A stretch of DNA of 32,000 nucleotides from Moraxella nasicaprae (GCF_025643275.1 NZ_CP089977.1:390001-422000), one strand, 5' to 3'. Shown: positions 1 through 8,337, counted from the first letter of the stretch. Translations and numbers: made by a program. Notes: a model not told the origin generated them from the sequence alone.

Positions 1-145
1 CTTGGTCAATTACCAGCTTATCCACCACATAGACATCATCAGGCAAAGTAGTTGCTTTTTTGTCATTACTTGGCAATAGGCTTTTGATGACATTGGCGTA
101 AGTGGTGTGCATCTTTGGCAACTGGTCAAATTGTTTTTTTGACAT
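1..145 (-). CDS. MaoC-like dehydratase/enoyl-CoA hydratase (tentative), N-terminal fragment; gene continues beyond the left edge
   Basis: Read by hand on the reverse strand: AGGA, 7 nt, ATG(145..143), then MSKKQFDQLPKMHTTYANVIKSLLPSNDKKATTLPDDVYVVDKLVIDQ, open to nt 1. It begins 30 nt after the stop of the SDR gene. The family call rests on the frequent SDR+MaoC gene pairing, not on a motif visible in 48 aa. Confidence 0.4.
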   Translation of the reverse strand, partial: MSKKQFDQLPKMHTTYANVIKSLLPSNDKKATTLPDDVYVVDKLVIDQ

Positions 146-175
146 ACATTATCCTACTGTTTATTGACGAACCAA

Positions 176-1546
176 TCATGCACCCAAGATACTCTGACCG
201 CAAACACGCACCACACGACCATTGATACCGCCTGCTTGTGGTGCAATCAGCCAAGCAATCGTCTCAGCCACATCAACAGGTTCGCCCCCTTGTGTCATCG
301 AGTTCATACGGCGACCCGCCTCTCGAATGGCAAATGGAATTTGCCCTGTCATCTTGGTTTCGATAAATCCTGGTGCGACTGCATTGATGGTGCGATGAGT
401 GCCTTTAAATAGTTTGGCAGTCGCCTCAACCAAGCCAATCACGCCAGCTTTACTCATTGCATAGTTGGTCTGACCTAGATTGCCAGCGATGCCCGAAATG
501 GACGATATGCACACGATGCGTGCAGCATCAGACAGACCATCGTGTGCCAATAGATAATCATTGATGCGTGCAATGGCAGTCAAGTTAATGCCTAGCACCA
601 AATCCCACTTATCCTCACTCATGTTTGCCAAAGTCTTATCACGAGTTACGCCTGCATTATGCACCACACCATCAAGCTGACCACAAGCACGCACAATCTG
701 CTCGCCTGCATCGTCTGCTGTGATGTCAAGCGGTAATGCCTGACCGCCAATCTGTCCAGCCACTTTTTGTAGCTCTGGCAAGGCTTGTGGTACATCAAGA
801 CAATACACTTTTGCCCCATCTCGTGCCAAGATAGTGGCGATGGCTTGACCGATACCACGACTTGCCCCTGTTACTAGGATTTTTTTGCCAGCCAAAGTGT
901 CATTGGTCTGATAAGATGATTGGCAAATCGTAATCGGCTGACCTGACACATAGGCAGATTTTGCTGACATGAAGAAATTTAAAGTGTGTTCCAGTTCGTT
1001 TTCTGCACCTTTTTGTAGGTATAGCACTTGGGCGGTGATGCCTTTTTTAAACTCTTTGGCAACCGACTTAACAAAACCCAACAACGCTCTTTGAGCAAGG
1101 GCAAAATGCACATCGCCCCCTGTGCAACAATCAGGGCGAGCAATGACAATGATTCTGCCTGATGACTTGATACGACGAGCAATCAGATGAAAAAACTCAT
1201 AAACCTGTTTTAGGTCATCGCTGTTTTTTAGGTTGGTGGCATCAAAAATTGCCACTTTAAAGCGAGCATTCTCATCGCTCAATCGCTCAGTTAAGCTGGT
1301 GCTGGCAAGCGTCAATAATTCGCCTTGATTGGTGGAAATGTTGGCAGATAGCTTGCCCAAAATCTGTGCCAACTGCTGACGCACCGCCTCATCATCGCCC
1401 ACAGACAGACCCAGTGCCACCTCGCCACGCAAAATCGGCTGACCTGCTTCATAGCGGTCAAGTTTCATTGGGACAGGCAGTCCTAGATTTTTGGCAACTT
1501 TTCTACCCAAAGAAGACTGCATCAATTCGCCATAACGGTCACTCAT
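176..1546 (-). CDS. two-domain short-chain dehydrogenase/reductase, FabG-like 3-oxoacyl-(ACP/CoA) reductase (456 aa)
   Basis: ORF track 176..1558. The C-terminal half has Rossmann TGASRGIG and catalytic YAMSKAG (YxxxK). Start moved to ATG 1546 (MSDRYGEL) because GGAG lies 5 nt upstream; the track start is a TTG inside that RBS. Confidence 0.85.
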   Translation of the reverse strand: MSDRYGELMQSSLGRKVAKNLGLPVPMKLDRYEAGQPILRGEVALGLSVGDDEAVRQQLAQILGKLSANISTNQGELLTLASTSLTERLSDENARFKVAIFDATNLKNSDDLKQVYEFFHLIARRIKSSGRIIVIARPDCCTGGDVHFALAQRALLGFVKSVAKEFKKGITAQVLYLQKGAENELEHTLNFFMSAKSAYVSGQPITICQSSYQTNDTLAGKKILVTGASRGIGQAIATILARDGAKVYCLDVPQALPELQKVAGQIGGQALPLDITADDAGEQIVRACGQLDGVVHNAGVTRDKTLANMSEDKWDLVLGINLTAIARINDYLLAHDGLSDAARIVCISSISGIAGNLGQTNYAMSKAGVIGLVEATAKLFKGTHRTINAVAPGFIETKMTGQIPFAIREAGRRMNSMTQGGEPVDVAETIAWLIAPQAGGINGRVVRVCGQSILGA

Positions 1547-1731
1547 AATTTCTCCCAAAAATTGGCTGTATTGCTATTTTATTTTATGCTAACACCTTAC
1601 CACAAAATCATCAAAAAACCAAACCCAACTTACATACCAAATACCACATTTAACGCACAAAAAACCGCCAGCCAGCTTAATGAACCCATCAAAACACCGA
1701 CCGACGGTTACAAATAAAGCAGTAAAGGCAA

Positions 1732-3081
1732 TCAGGTCAGCGTGGTCTGCTTAGTCTCACGCACCATCAATAAACCAATCAACGACAGCACCGCATTGAC
1801 AAGCATATAGCAGCCCACGCCAATAAGACCAAACTGAGCGTTAAGCTTGATGGCGACGATGGTTGCTACACTTGCCCCCAAAATGCCCGCCAAAGTAAAA
1901 CCAAGCGACGCACCCAGATAACGCACCTGCGTGGCAAATAACTCAGGCAAAATCACCGCCATTGGTCCAAAATTTGCCCCAAGCAAAACCATGCCAATGC
2001 CAATAAAACCATACAGCCCGACCGCCTGATACACCAAGCCATCTTGTGCCAATAACATCGGCAAACACAGCCCAAACACACCAATCAGACTGGTGCTGGC
2101 AATTAGGACAGTTTTGCGACCCAGTTTATCACACAGATGACCTGCCGCCACAATACTGATGGCAAATACCACCGCCCCAAACAGCAATGCCATCGTAAAC
2201 TGCTCACTGGGCAAACCTAAGCCCTGTGCATGCCCAAAATCAGACAGCTGCGTACTGCTCTTTGCATAAATCTGCCCAAAAATAACCACCATATAAAATT
2301 GCACATAGCCAATAATAGCAATCAAAATCGCCTTAAAAAACGGCACTTTATGCGTTGTAAAAATCTGCTTAATGGGCAATTTGTGTAGTTTATCCTGATT
2401 TTTTGCATGGTCAAAAACCGCACTTTCTTGCAGAGTAAGACGCACATACAGACCAATCATCACAAGGCAAGCAGATGCAATGAACGGCAATCGCCACGCC
2501 CAAGCACTGACCGCCTCTTTACCTAAGCCAAGTGCCAATCCCAAAAAGACCAAGTTCGCCAAAAACAGACCTAGTGCCGCTCCCAGCTGCGGAAAGGCAG
2601 TGAATAATCCTCGCTTGCTTTGTGGGGCGTTTTCCAATGCCACCAATGCCGCACCACCCCATTCGCCACCAAGTCCAATGCCCTGCAAGGTACGACATAA
2701 AAATAGCAATACTGTCGCCCATACGCCAATGCTGGCATAAGTTGGCAAAAGACCAATCACCACCGTTGAAACACCCATCAACAGCAGTGAAATGACAAGG
2801 GCATTTTTTCGCCCCAAAGTATCGCCATAATGCCCAAACAACATCGCCCCCACGGGTCGTGCCAACAGATTGACCGCAAAAGTGTAAAGTGCTGCAATCT
2901 GACTGGCAACAGGGTCACTATGGTCAAAAAATTGCTCAGAAAACACCAATACCGTCGCCATTGCATAGATATAGTTGTCAAAATACTCAATGGTTGTGCC
3001 AGTCATTGTAGCGATGGCGACTTTTTTGGGGTTGTTTTTTTGGGGTAAAGACAGATAATGATTATCGCCAGATTGGTTCAT
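1732..3081 (-). CDS. MFS transporter, metabolite:H+ symporter (MHS) type, substrate unknown
   Basis: 449-aa ORF with ~12 hydrophobic segments. The N-terminus TGTTIEYFDNYIYAMATVLVF and the GHYGDTLGRK loop are typical of the KgtP/ProP/ShiA-like MHS subfamily. The ATG at 3081 overlaps the thiE stop (ATGA). Confidence 0.85.
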   Translation of the reverse strand: MNQSGDNHYLSLPQKNNPKKVAIATMTGTTIEYFDNYIYAMATVLVFSEQFFDHSDPVASQIAALYTFAVNLLARPVGAMLFGHYGDTLGRKNALVISLLLMGVSTVVIGLLPTYASIGVWATVLLFLCRTLQGIGLGGEWGGAALVALENAPQSKRGLFTAFPQLGAALGLFLANLVFLGLALGLGKEAVSAWAWRLPFIASACLVMIGLYVRLTLQESAVFDHAKNQDKLHKLPIKQIFTTHKVPFFKAILIAIIGYVQFYMVVIFGQIYAKSSTQLSDFGHAQGLGLPSEQFTMALLFGAVVFAISIVAAGHLCDKLGRKTVLIASTSLIGVFGLCLPMLLAQDGLVYQAVGLYGFIGIGMVLLGANFGPMAVILPELFATQVRYLGASLGFTLAGILGASVATIVAIKLNAQFGLIGVGCYMLVNAVLSLIGLLMVRETKQTTLT

Positions 3082-3743
3082 TTTAGTTGCTCCACAGCAG
3101 TTATGATGTTGTCAGCTTGCGTGATGGCAGAGATGATTGCCACGCCATTTGCTCCATAAGTACGCAAAGTCTGAGCGGATTGATGTGTGATGCCACCAAT
3201 TGCCACAAAAGGTTTTTGGATACCAGCTTGTCGCAAAATTTTGGGAAATTCGATGCCGACAGCAGGTTTTTGATCGCTTTTTGATTGGGTTGGGAAAATC
3301 GGACCTGTGCCAAAATAGCTCACTTGCGGTATGCTATCCCAATATCGAGCCTGTTCCAGAGTATTGACCGACAGACCCAGAATCATCGGTTTGGGCATTT
3401 CTTGGGCAATGTCAATAATCGACTTATCCCCCTGTCCCACATGAATGCCGTCCACGCCAAGTTCAAAGGCAAGCTCCACCATGTCATTTAGAATAAACGG
3501 CACGCCATACCGCTGGCACAGCCGCTGGCATTCTTTGGCAAGTTGTTTTTGTTCGCTTGGATTATCTTGCAGCGAAAATGCTCCCTTATCTCGAAATTGG
3601 TAACAGCTGATTCCTGCTTGCAAGGCTTGATGTAGGATATTTAGCAGATGCTCGCTGCGGTCGCCTGCTAGATGCCGACAGTCTTGTGTTCCTGCGATAA
3701 AGTATAAATTTAGGATTTTGGGGTCAAATGATGACAAATTCAT
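3078..3743 (-). CDS. thiE: thiamine-phosphate synthase
   Basis: ThiE motifs are present: YQFRDK, DGIHVGQGD, GPIFPTQSK, AIGGI. Start set at ATG 3743 ([18 protein letters not shown]), which overlaps the thiD stop as ATGA. The track start is an upstream alternative codon inside thiD. Confidence 0.9.
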   Translation of the reverse strand: MNLSSFDPKILNLYFIAGTQDCRHLAGDRSEHLLNILHQALQAGISCYQFRDKGAFSLQDNPSEQKQLAKECQRLCQRYGVPFILNDMVELAFELGVDGIHVGQGDKSIIDIAQEMPKPMILGLSVNTLEQARYWDSIPQVSYFGTGPIFPTQSKSDQKPAVGIEFPKILRQAGIQKPFVAIGGITHQSAQTLRTYGANGVAIISAITQADNIITAVEQLK

Positions 3744-4558
3744 AACAGATGTTTCCTTGCTTTGATGGCGTCCGCCCCTGCCCAATGATTGACAGGATTG
3801 ATGCCGCCTCCGACCTTAATGGGGTTGGCAATGGCGTGCGTGATGAATGCCTTAGCGTCTTTGATGGCATCCATCATCGGCACACCTTTGGCAAGCTGAG
3901 CTGTCAGGCAAGCTGAAAAACTACAACCAGTGCCGTGCGTCCCTGACTGTAAAATCCGTCTTTGCTCCACAAAAAATCTTGAACCACCTACCGACACCCA
4001 ATCACGACACCACTCATCATCACGATGACCACCTTTGATGATGACTCCTTTGATGCCCATTTGATGCAACTTATCAATGGCAAGCTGTAAGCTGTCATCA
4101 TCACTAATGCTCAATCCTGTCAAAACTTGTGCCTCTGGAATGTTGGGCGTGATGACATCTGCCAATGGCAATAATTTTATCAATGCCGTTACCGCATTTT
4201 CTTGTAATAAATTTGCCCCACCTTTGGCAATCATCACAGGGTCGATAATCAATTTGCCAACGCTTGCCTTGTGCTGTACCAAAAAATCATACACCGCCTG
4301 TATGCTTGCCACATCGCCAAGCATACCAATCTTGCACGCCTTAATACTAAAATCATCAACCACCGCATGTAGCTGGCTTGTGATGGTCTTAGGCGGTATC
4401 TGATGAATATCAAACACACCTTTGGTGTTTTGGGCGGTGATGGCGGTAATCACCGAAGTGCCAAACACCCCGCACAGCCCAAAAGTTTTCAAATCTGCCT
4501 GTATGCCTGCACCGCCACCAGAATCCGACCCTGCGATGGTTAGAGCTTGATACATCAT
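3740..4558 (-). CDS. thiD: hydroxymethylpyrimidine/phosphomethylpyrimidine kinase
   Basis: 272 aa with N-terminal [21 protein letters not shown] and a C-terminal GTGCSFSA ribokinase-fold signature. The ATG overlaps the thiM stop (ATGA, 4555..4558). Confidence 0.92.
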   Translation of the reverse strand: MMYQALTIAGSDSGGGAGIQADLKTFGLCGVFGTSVITAITAQNTKGVFDIHQIPPKTITSQLHAVVDDFSIKACKIGMLGDVASIQAVYDFLVQHKASVGKLIIDPVMIAKGGANLLQENAVTALIKLLPLADVITPNIPEAQVLTGLSISDDDSLQLAIDKLHQMGIKGVIIKGGHRDDEWCRDWVSVGGSRFFVEQRRILQSGTHGTGCSFSACLTAQLAKGVPMMDAIKDAKAFITHAIANPIKVGGGINPVNHWAGADAIKARKHLL

Positions 4559-5370
4559 GACAATCCTCCTTGATACTCATCAATCTTGGCAAATTTGGCA
4601 ACCGTGTCATCATCAATCGCCCCAAGACAATCCATCAGCCCCACATAAAACTGCCCCAACTGGGTTTGTTCCAATCGAGCTGCCACCAATTCTCCTGCCA
4701 CAGCATAGCTACCAGCTGCCGCCACAACCGCCTGCAATGCCTCAGATGGATTTGCCACCGCCAAAAATGCACCGCACACGCCAGCCAAAAGACAGCCAGA
4801 TGCGGTAATCTTGGGAAACATTGGTGTGCCATTATTGATGGTAAAGACCACATCGCCATCACTGACATAATCCACCGCTCCGCTAACCGCCACAACACAG
4901 CCGTATCGATTGGCACAGTCTTTGGCAAGCATCGCCACATCAGCATGACCACAGCCAGCGTCCACGCCTTTGGCTTGCCAATCCACACCTGCCAAAAACG
5001 CCACCTCGCCAGCATTGCCACGAATGGCAGAAAAACGAATTTCGCTAAGCAGTTTTTTGGCAATCTGTTGACGATAAGCAGTTGCACCAGCACCCACAGG
5101 GTCTAGCACCACAGGCTTACCCAGCTCATTCATCGCCTTGCCAGCCACAAGCATCGCCTCTACTTGTGTGATGCTCAACGCCCCCATATTGATGACCAAA
5201 GCATCGGCAATGGCAGGCACTTGACTCATCTCATCAAGTGTGGACGACATGAATGGCGATGCACCAATGGCAAGCAATCCATTGGCGGTAAAATGAGCAG
5301 ACACCAGATTGGTGATGTTATGCACCAAAGGGTTTTGCTGGCGAATCTTGGATAGATACTGAAAATTCAT
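4555..5370 (-). CDS. thiM: hydroxyethylthiazole kinase
   Basis: 271 aa. NPLVHNITNLVSAHFTANGLLAIGASPFM is characteristic of ThiM. GGGAG RBS lies 6 nt before ATG 5370, and the gene is downstream of a TPP riboswitch. Confidence 0.92.
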   Translation of the reverse strand: MNFQYLSKIRQQNPLVHNITNLVSAHFTANGLLAIGASPFMSSTLDEMSQVPAIADALVINMGALSITQVEAMLVAGKAMNELGKPVVLDPVGAGATAYRQQIAKKLLSEIRFSAIRGNAGEVAFLAGVDWQAKGVDAGCGHADVAMLAKDCANRYGCVVAVSGAVDYVSDGDVVFTINNGTPMFPKITASGCLLAGVCGAFLAVANPSEALQAVVAAAGSYAVAGELVAARLEQTQLGQFYVGLMDCLGAIDDDTVAKFAKIDEYQGGLS

Positions 5371-5499
5371 AAATTCTCCCTAAAAACGATTTTATTCATC
5401 GAAGATTGATGGCAGATTGTCATCAACCACCAGTATTTAGGTCAAATTCATCAAGACAGTAAGCACTCATCAAAATTGCTTGGACAATATGATGCTTAC

Positions 5500-5552
5500 C
5501 AAAAAGACAAAAGCCCTTTTAGGTCTTGATAAAACAGACCCAAAAAAGGCTT
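5500..5552 (-). terminator. rho-independent terminator-like hairpin in the thiM leader (candidate riboswitch expression platform)
   Basis: The reverse strand reads AAGCCTTTTTTGGGTCTGTTTTATCAAGACCTAAAAGGGCTT followed by TTGTCTTTTT. This is a long imperfect hairpin plus U-tract, ~45 nt downstream of the aptamer. Confidence 0.55.
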
Positions 5553-5596
5553 AGTTAGGACGGCAGACAACCGTCAAATAAATCAAATAAGTTCAT

Positions 5597-5682
5597 CTTA
5601 GTTCCCTACGCCAGTGCTAACTGTATCAGGTTCACGGGTATCATCTCAGCCTGACCATCACGGTCTAGGCACCCCGACTAAA
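5597..5682 (-). promoter_or_regulatory. TPP (THI-box) riboswitch aptamer
   Basis: The reverse strand reads TTAGTCGGGGTGCCTAGACCGTGATGGTCAGGCTGAGATGATACCCGTGAACCTGATACAGTTAGCACTGGCGTAGGGAACTAAG. It contains the conserved GGGGUGC, CUGAGA, ACCC, AACCUGAU and GCGUAGGGAA elements in canonical order, upstream of thiM. Confidence 0.92.
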
Positions 5683-5693
5683 TTTTGTCATTT

Positions 5694-5722
5694 AGTTTAA
5701 ACAAATCAAAAAATATTGTCAA
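5694..5722 (-). promoter_or_regulatory. candidate sigma70 promoter of the thi operon
   Basis: The reverse strand has TTGACA (5722..5717), a 17-nt spacer and TAAACT (5699..5694). This places a start site a few nt before the riboswitch P1 stem. Confidence 0.5.
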
Positions 5723-5896
5723 TATAAAATAAATCACTGTATAAAATTAAATCAAAATAATAACCATAAGTATTCAAATATAAATTTCTTATAATATTTT
5801 ATTATAATATAAGGAAAAATTGGCTTAATTCATGATTTTGTTGGTAAATAATGCTAATCTAAGCCCAATCACCATTCATCAATTAGGAAATTTCAC

Positions 5897-7180
5897 ATGA
5901 CCATCAAAAAAGTCGCCATCTTGGGCGGAAATCGCATTCCCTTTGCTCGTAGTAACGGTGTGTATGCCGATGCCAGCAATATTGATATGTTAAGTGCTGC
6001 ATTGGACGGTTTGGTTGAGCGGTTTGATTTGGCGGATAAAGAGATTGGCGAAGTTGTTGCTGGCACTGTCCTAAAACACAGCAATGACCTAAATCTTACC
6101 AGAGAATCACTGCTCAACACTCGCCTATCGCCAACCACACCAAGCTACGATATCTCCCAAGCGTGCGGTACAGGCTTGCAGGCAGCATTTGCTGTTGCCA
6201 ACAAAATCGCACTTGGTATCATCGATAGCGGTATTGCAGGCGGGGTGGACACGACTTCGGACGCACCGATTGCCTTAGGCGATGGCGTGCGAAAATCCTT
6301 GATTCGACTGGGTAATGCCAAGACCGCCAAAGACCGCCTGACCGCTCTTAGCACCATCAATCCAAAACAACTGCTTGCTTTCCCCCAAAATGGCGAACCA
6401 CGCACTCGTCTATCGATGGGGGAGCATCAGGCCATTACCGCCCTAGAATGGAACATCAGCCGTGCCGCCCAAGATGAATTGGCTTATCAAAGCCATCAAA
6501 ATCTTGCCAAAGCCTATGCCGAGGGGTTCTTTGACGACCTAATCACACCATACAAAGGTCTTAGCCAAGATAACAACCTGCGTGCCGATACCACGCTTGA
6601 AAAACTTGCCAGCCTAAAACCTGTATTTGGCAAAAAGAATGCCAACCCCACGATGACCGCTGGCAACTCCACCCCATTAACCGATGGTGCATCTTGTGTT
6701 TTGCTTGCCAGTGACGAGTGGGCAGATAAACACGGTTATAAGCCCCTAGCCTACCTAACCCATCAGCAAACAGCGGCGGTGGATTTTATTGGTAAAGAAG
6801 GCTTGACCGAAGGACTTTTGATGGCACCTGCTTATGCTGTGCCAAAAATGCTTGCTAAGGCTGGTCTGACTTTGCAGGATTTTGATTTTTATGAAATTCA
6901 CGAAGCCTTTGCATCACAGGTGCTATCGACACTTGCCGCATGGGAAGATGAAAACTTTTGCAAAAACCGCTTGGGTCTAGATGCACCGCTTGGCTCAATC
7001 GACCGCACTAAACTCAATGTCAATGGGTCAAGTCTGGCTGCTGGACACCCTTTTGCCGCCACAGGTGGGCGAATCCTTGCCAGTGCTGCCAAACTCCTTG
7101 CCCAAAAGGGCTCTGGTCGTGCATTGATTTCTATCTGTGCTGCTGGTGGTCAGGGTGTAACCTGCATCCTAGAACGCTGA
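5897..7180 (+). CDS. acetyl-CoA C-acyltransferase (thiolase family)
   Basis: 427 aa with a thiolase active-site Cys context (ISQACGTGLQA), C-terminal NVNGSSLAAGHPFAATG and CAAGGQG motifs. Confidence 0.9.
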   Translation: MTIKKVAILGGNRIPFARSNGVYADASNIDMLSAALDGLVERFDLADKEIGEVVAGTVLKHSNDLNLTRESLLNTRLSPTTPSYDISQACGTGLQAAFAVANKIALGIIDSGIAGGVDTTSDAPIALGDGVRKSLIRLGNAKTAKDRLTALSTINPKQLLAFPQNGEPRTRLSMGEHQAITALEWNISRAAQDELAYQSHQNLAKAYAEGFFDDLITPYKGLSQDNNLRADTTLEKLASLKPVFGKKNANPTMTAGNSTPLTDGASCVLLASDEWADKHGYKPLAYLTHQQTAAVDFIGKEGLTEGLLMAPAYAVPKMLAKAGLTLQDFDFYEIHEAFASQVLSTLAAWEDENFCKNRLGLDAPLGSIDRTKLNVNGSSLAAGHPFAATGGRILASAAKLLAQKGSGRALISICAAGGQGVTCILER

Positions 7181-7190
7181 TTGACAATCC

Positions 7191-7226
7191 AAAAAAAACA
7201 GCACCGTCATTGGTGCTGTTTTTTAT
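7191..7226. terminator. bidirectional rho-independent terminator shared by the thiolase gene (+) and the small-protein operon (-)
   Basis: The 9-bp stem AACAGCACC/GGTGCTGTT (7197..7205 / 7212..7220) has a 6-nt loop and is flanked by an A-run on the left and a T-run on the right. Confidence 0.75.
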
Positions 7227-7514
7227 TCATTGATTTTTCGATTGTTGTCGCCACGCCTTATATTTCATATTGGCAAATAAGATTGGCCATATACCAACTG
7301 CATATAACGCCCCGCCCAGCCATTGAAAATAAAGCGTTTCCTCGCCAAACATATGATTGGTATAAACACCCAATAAAAAGAAAACGATGGTAAATAACAA
7401 CCAATCTAGCTTGATTGTCTTGCCGTCCCAATAACAAAATACCAAACTGGCAAGTCCCAAAAATGCCAATATGCTCATCGTCAAATCAAAAGAAAAATCA
7501 TAATATGTCATCAT
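7227..7514 (-). CDS. small membrane protein A (95 aa, three predicted TM helices), no recognised family
   Basis: GGAG lies 8 nt before ATG 7514. There are three hydrophobic stretches (about aa 11-29, 36-56, 63-83) and a basic C-terminal tail. It is the last gene before the terminator. Confidence 0.6.
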   Translation of the reverse strand: MMTYYDFSFDLTMSILAFLGLASLVFCYWDGKTIKLDWLLFTIVFFLLGVYTNHMFGEETLYFQWLGGALYAVGIWPILFANMKYKAWRQQSKNQ

Positions 7515-7537
7515 CGTCTAACTCCTTGATTGGTTGG

Positions 7538-7834
7538 TTAAAATTTTTTTATTCTAAATTTATCCCTAAAAATATGGGAACGAAGCAACTGTTCATATTG
7601 CGGACGAGAGCTTTGAGAAACAACCAATGATATGATTAACACCATCGCCAAATGCATTGCCATGACATTCGCCGTCTGCTTTTCTGGATAATGCCACAAT
7701 AAAAAAATACTGGGCAAAAACCCCACCGCTATATGTAGCAGACGCCACCAGTGAATTTTCTTATCATGAAATAGCATGACTAACAAATAAAACTGACATG
7801 CAAAAACCAGCTCTGTTGCAAAAAATCCAAGCAT
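7538..7834 (-). CDS. small membrane protein B (98 aa, three predicted TM helices), no recognised family
   Basis: Start set at ATG 7834 (MLGFFATEL) with GGAG 8 nt upstream; the track start is the preceding GTG. It has three hydrophobic stretches and a basic tail RDKFRIKKF. The 11-nt RBS context AATCAAGGAGT is identical to that of gene A. Confidence 0.6.
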   Translation of the reverse strand: MLGFFATELVFACQFYLLVMLFHDKKIHWWRLLHIAVGFLPSIFLLWHYPEKQTANVMAMHLAMVLIISLVVSQSSRPQYEQLLRSHIFRDKFRIKKF

Positions 7835-7849
7835 CACAACACTCCTTGA

Positions 7850-8167
7850 TTATTCCGCCCAAAATACCCTTTCTTTCAGCTGAGCAACCTTCCACCCTTG
7901 ATAAAACCAAATAATGAAAAAAGGCGACATTGCTCTTGTTACGGCAGCATAAACATAATTAAAAGCGGAAGCACCCAATTCTTTTCTTAGCTCGTTGGTC
8001 TCAATTAGATTTTGTGTCTCAACAATATCTGAATGTACAGCAGCCATCGCAACCAAAACCAACACAATCAATACATGTATCATGGTCGTAAATTCAATGA
8101 CATGTTTTCTCCAAAACAGCAAGGTAAAAAAAGCACCAAAAATCAATGCCATAAATACATTCGCCAT
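7850..8167 (-). CDS. small membrane protein C (105 aa, three predicted TM helices with a ~25-aa polar loop), no recognised family
   Basis: GGAGG lies 9 nt before ATG 8167. Hydrophobic stretches are at about aa 2-19, 26-44 and 72-92. The stop is 15 nt before the start of gene B. Confidence 0.6.
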   Translation of the reverse strand: MANVFMALIFGAFFTLLFWRKHVIEFTTMIHVLIVLVLVAMAAVHSDIVETQNLIETNELRKELGASAFNYVYAAVTRAMSPFFIIWFYQGWKVAQLKERVFWAE

Positions 8168-8185
8168 CCATCAAACCTCCATATC

Positions 8186-8215
8186 ATCAATAGACCGCAT
8201 AAGCAGTCTATTGAT
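8186..8215 (-). other. perfect 10-bp inverted repeat (intercistronic stem-loop)
   Basis: ATCAATAGAC (8186..8195) and GTCTATTGAT (8206..8215) are separated by 10 nt. On the mRNA strand it ends 7 nt before the GGAGG RBS of gene C. No U-tract follows. Confidence 0.45.
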
Positions 8216-8327
8216 ATTGTTTAGATATTATTGATGAATTTGGTCTTTGCCATCTGTATCTAAACACTTCTCGTTCAAACTTTTTACCATCATCACGACT
8301 GTTGGTTGTTCTTTGTATTTTTGCCAT
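8208..8327 (-). CDS. possible 39-aa very basic peptide (coding status uncertain)
   Basis: Internal ATG 8327 of track ORF 8208..8426 gives MAKIQRTTNSRDDGKKFEREVFRYRWQRPNSSIISKQYQ, with a weak AAGG 9 nt upstream. No family recognised. Confidence 0.2.
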   Translation of the reverse strand: MAKIQRTTNSRDDGKKFEREVFRYRWQRPNSSIISKQYQ

Positions 8328-8337
8328 CAGAATTACC

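Noticed and set aside
164-412. 82-aa plus-strand ORF, and similar short ORFs at 646..858, 979..1182 and 1366..1548
   Set aside because: All lie inside or antisense to the well-supported SDR gene (176..1546). They have no RBS and no recognisable motifs, and are shadow ORFs.
3744-3785. N-terminal extensions given by the ORF track (also 1547..1558, 7835..7837, 10309..10380, 14682..14786, 15490..15693, 20810..20827, 22494..22508, 23080..23094, 28025..28036, 29749..29793, 31339..31362)
   Set aside because: These arise from upstream TTG/GTG/ATG codons that lie in the preceding gene, in a terminator or inside the RBS itself. In each case a downstream ATG has a properly spaced Shine-Dalgarno and yields the family-typical N-terminus.
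4570-5106. 178-aa plus-strand ORF antisense to thiM, plus 4557..4808, 4635..5093 and 4077..4403 in thiD
   Set aside because: The opposite or other frame encodes unmistakable ThiM/ThiD motifs. These translations are His/Cys/Arg-rich low-quality sequence typical of antisense frames.
1-7180. Idea that the thi-MFS operon was inserted between functionally linked thiolase (plus strand) and SDR-MaoC (minus strand) genes
   Set aside because: No repeats, boundaries or compositional break are visible. Divergent arrangement alone is not evidence, and comparative genomes would be needed to evaluate it.
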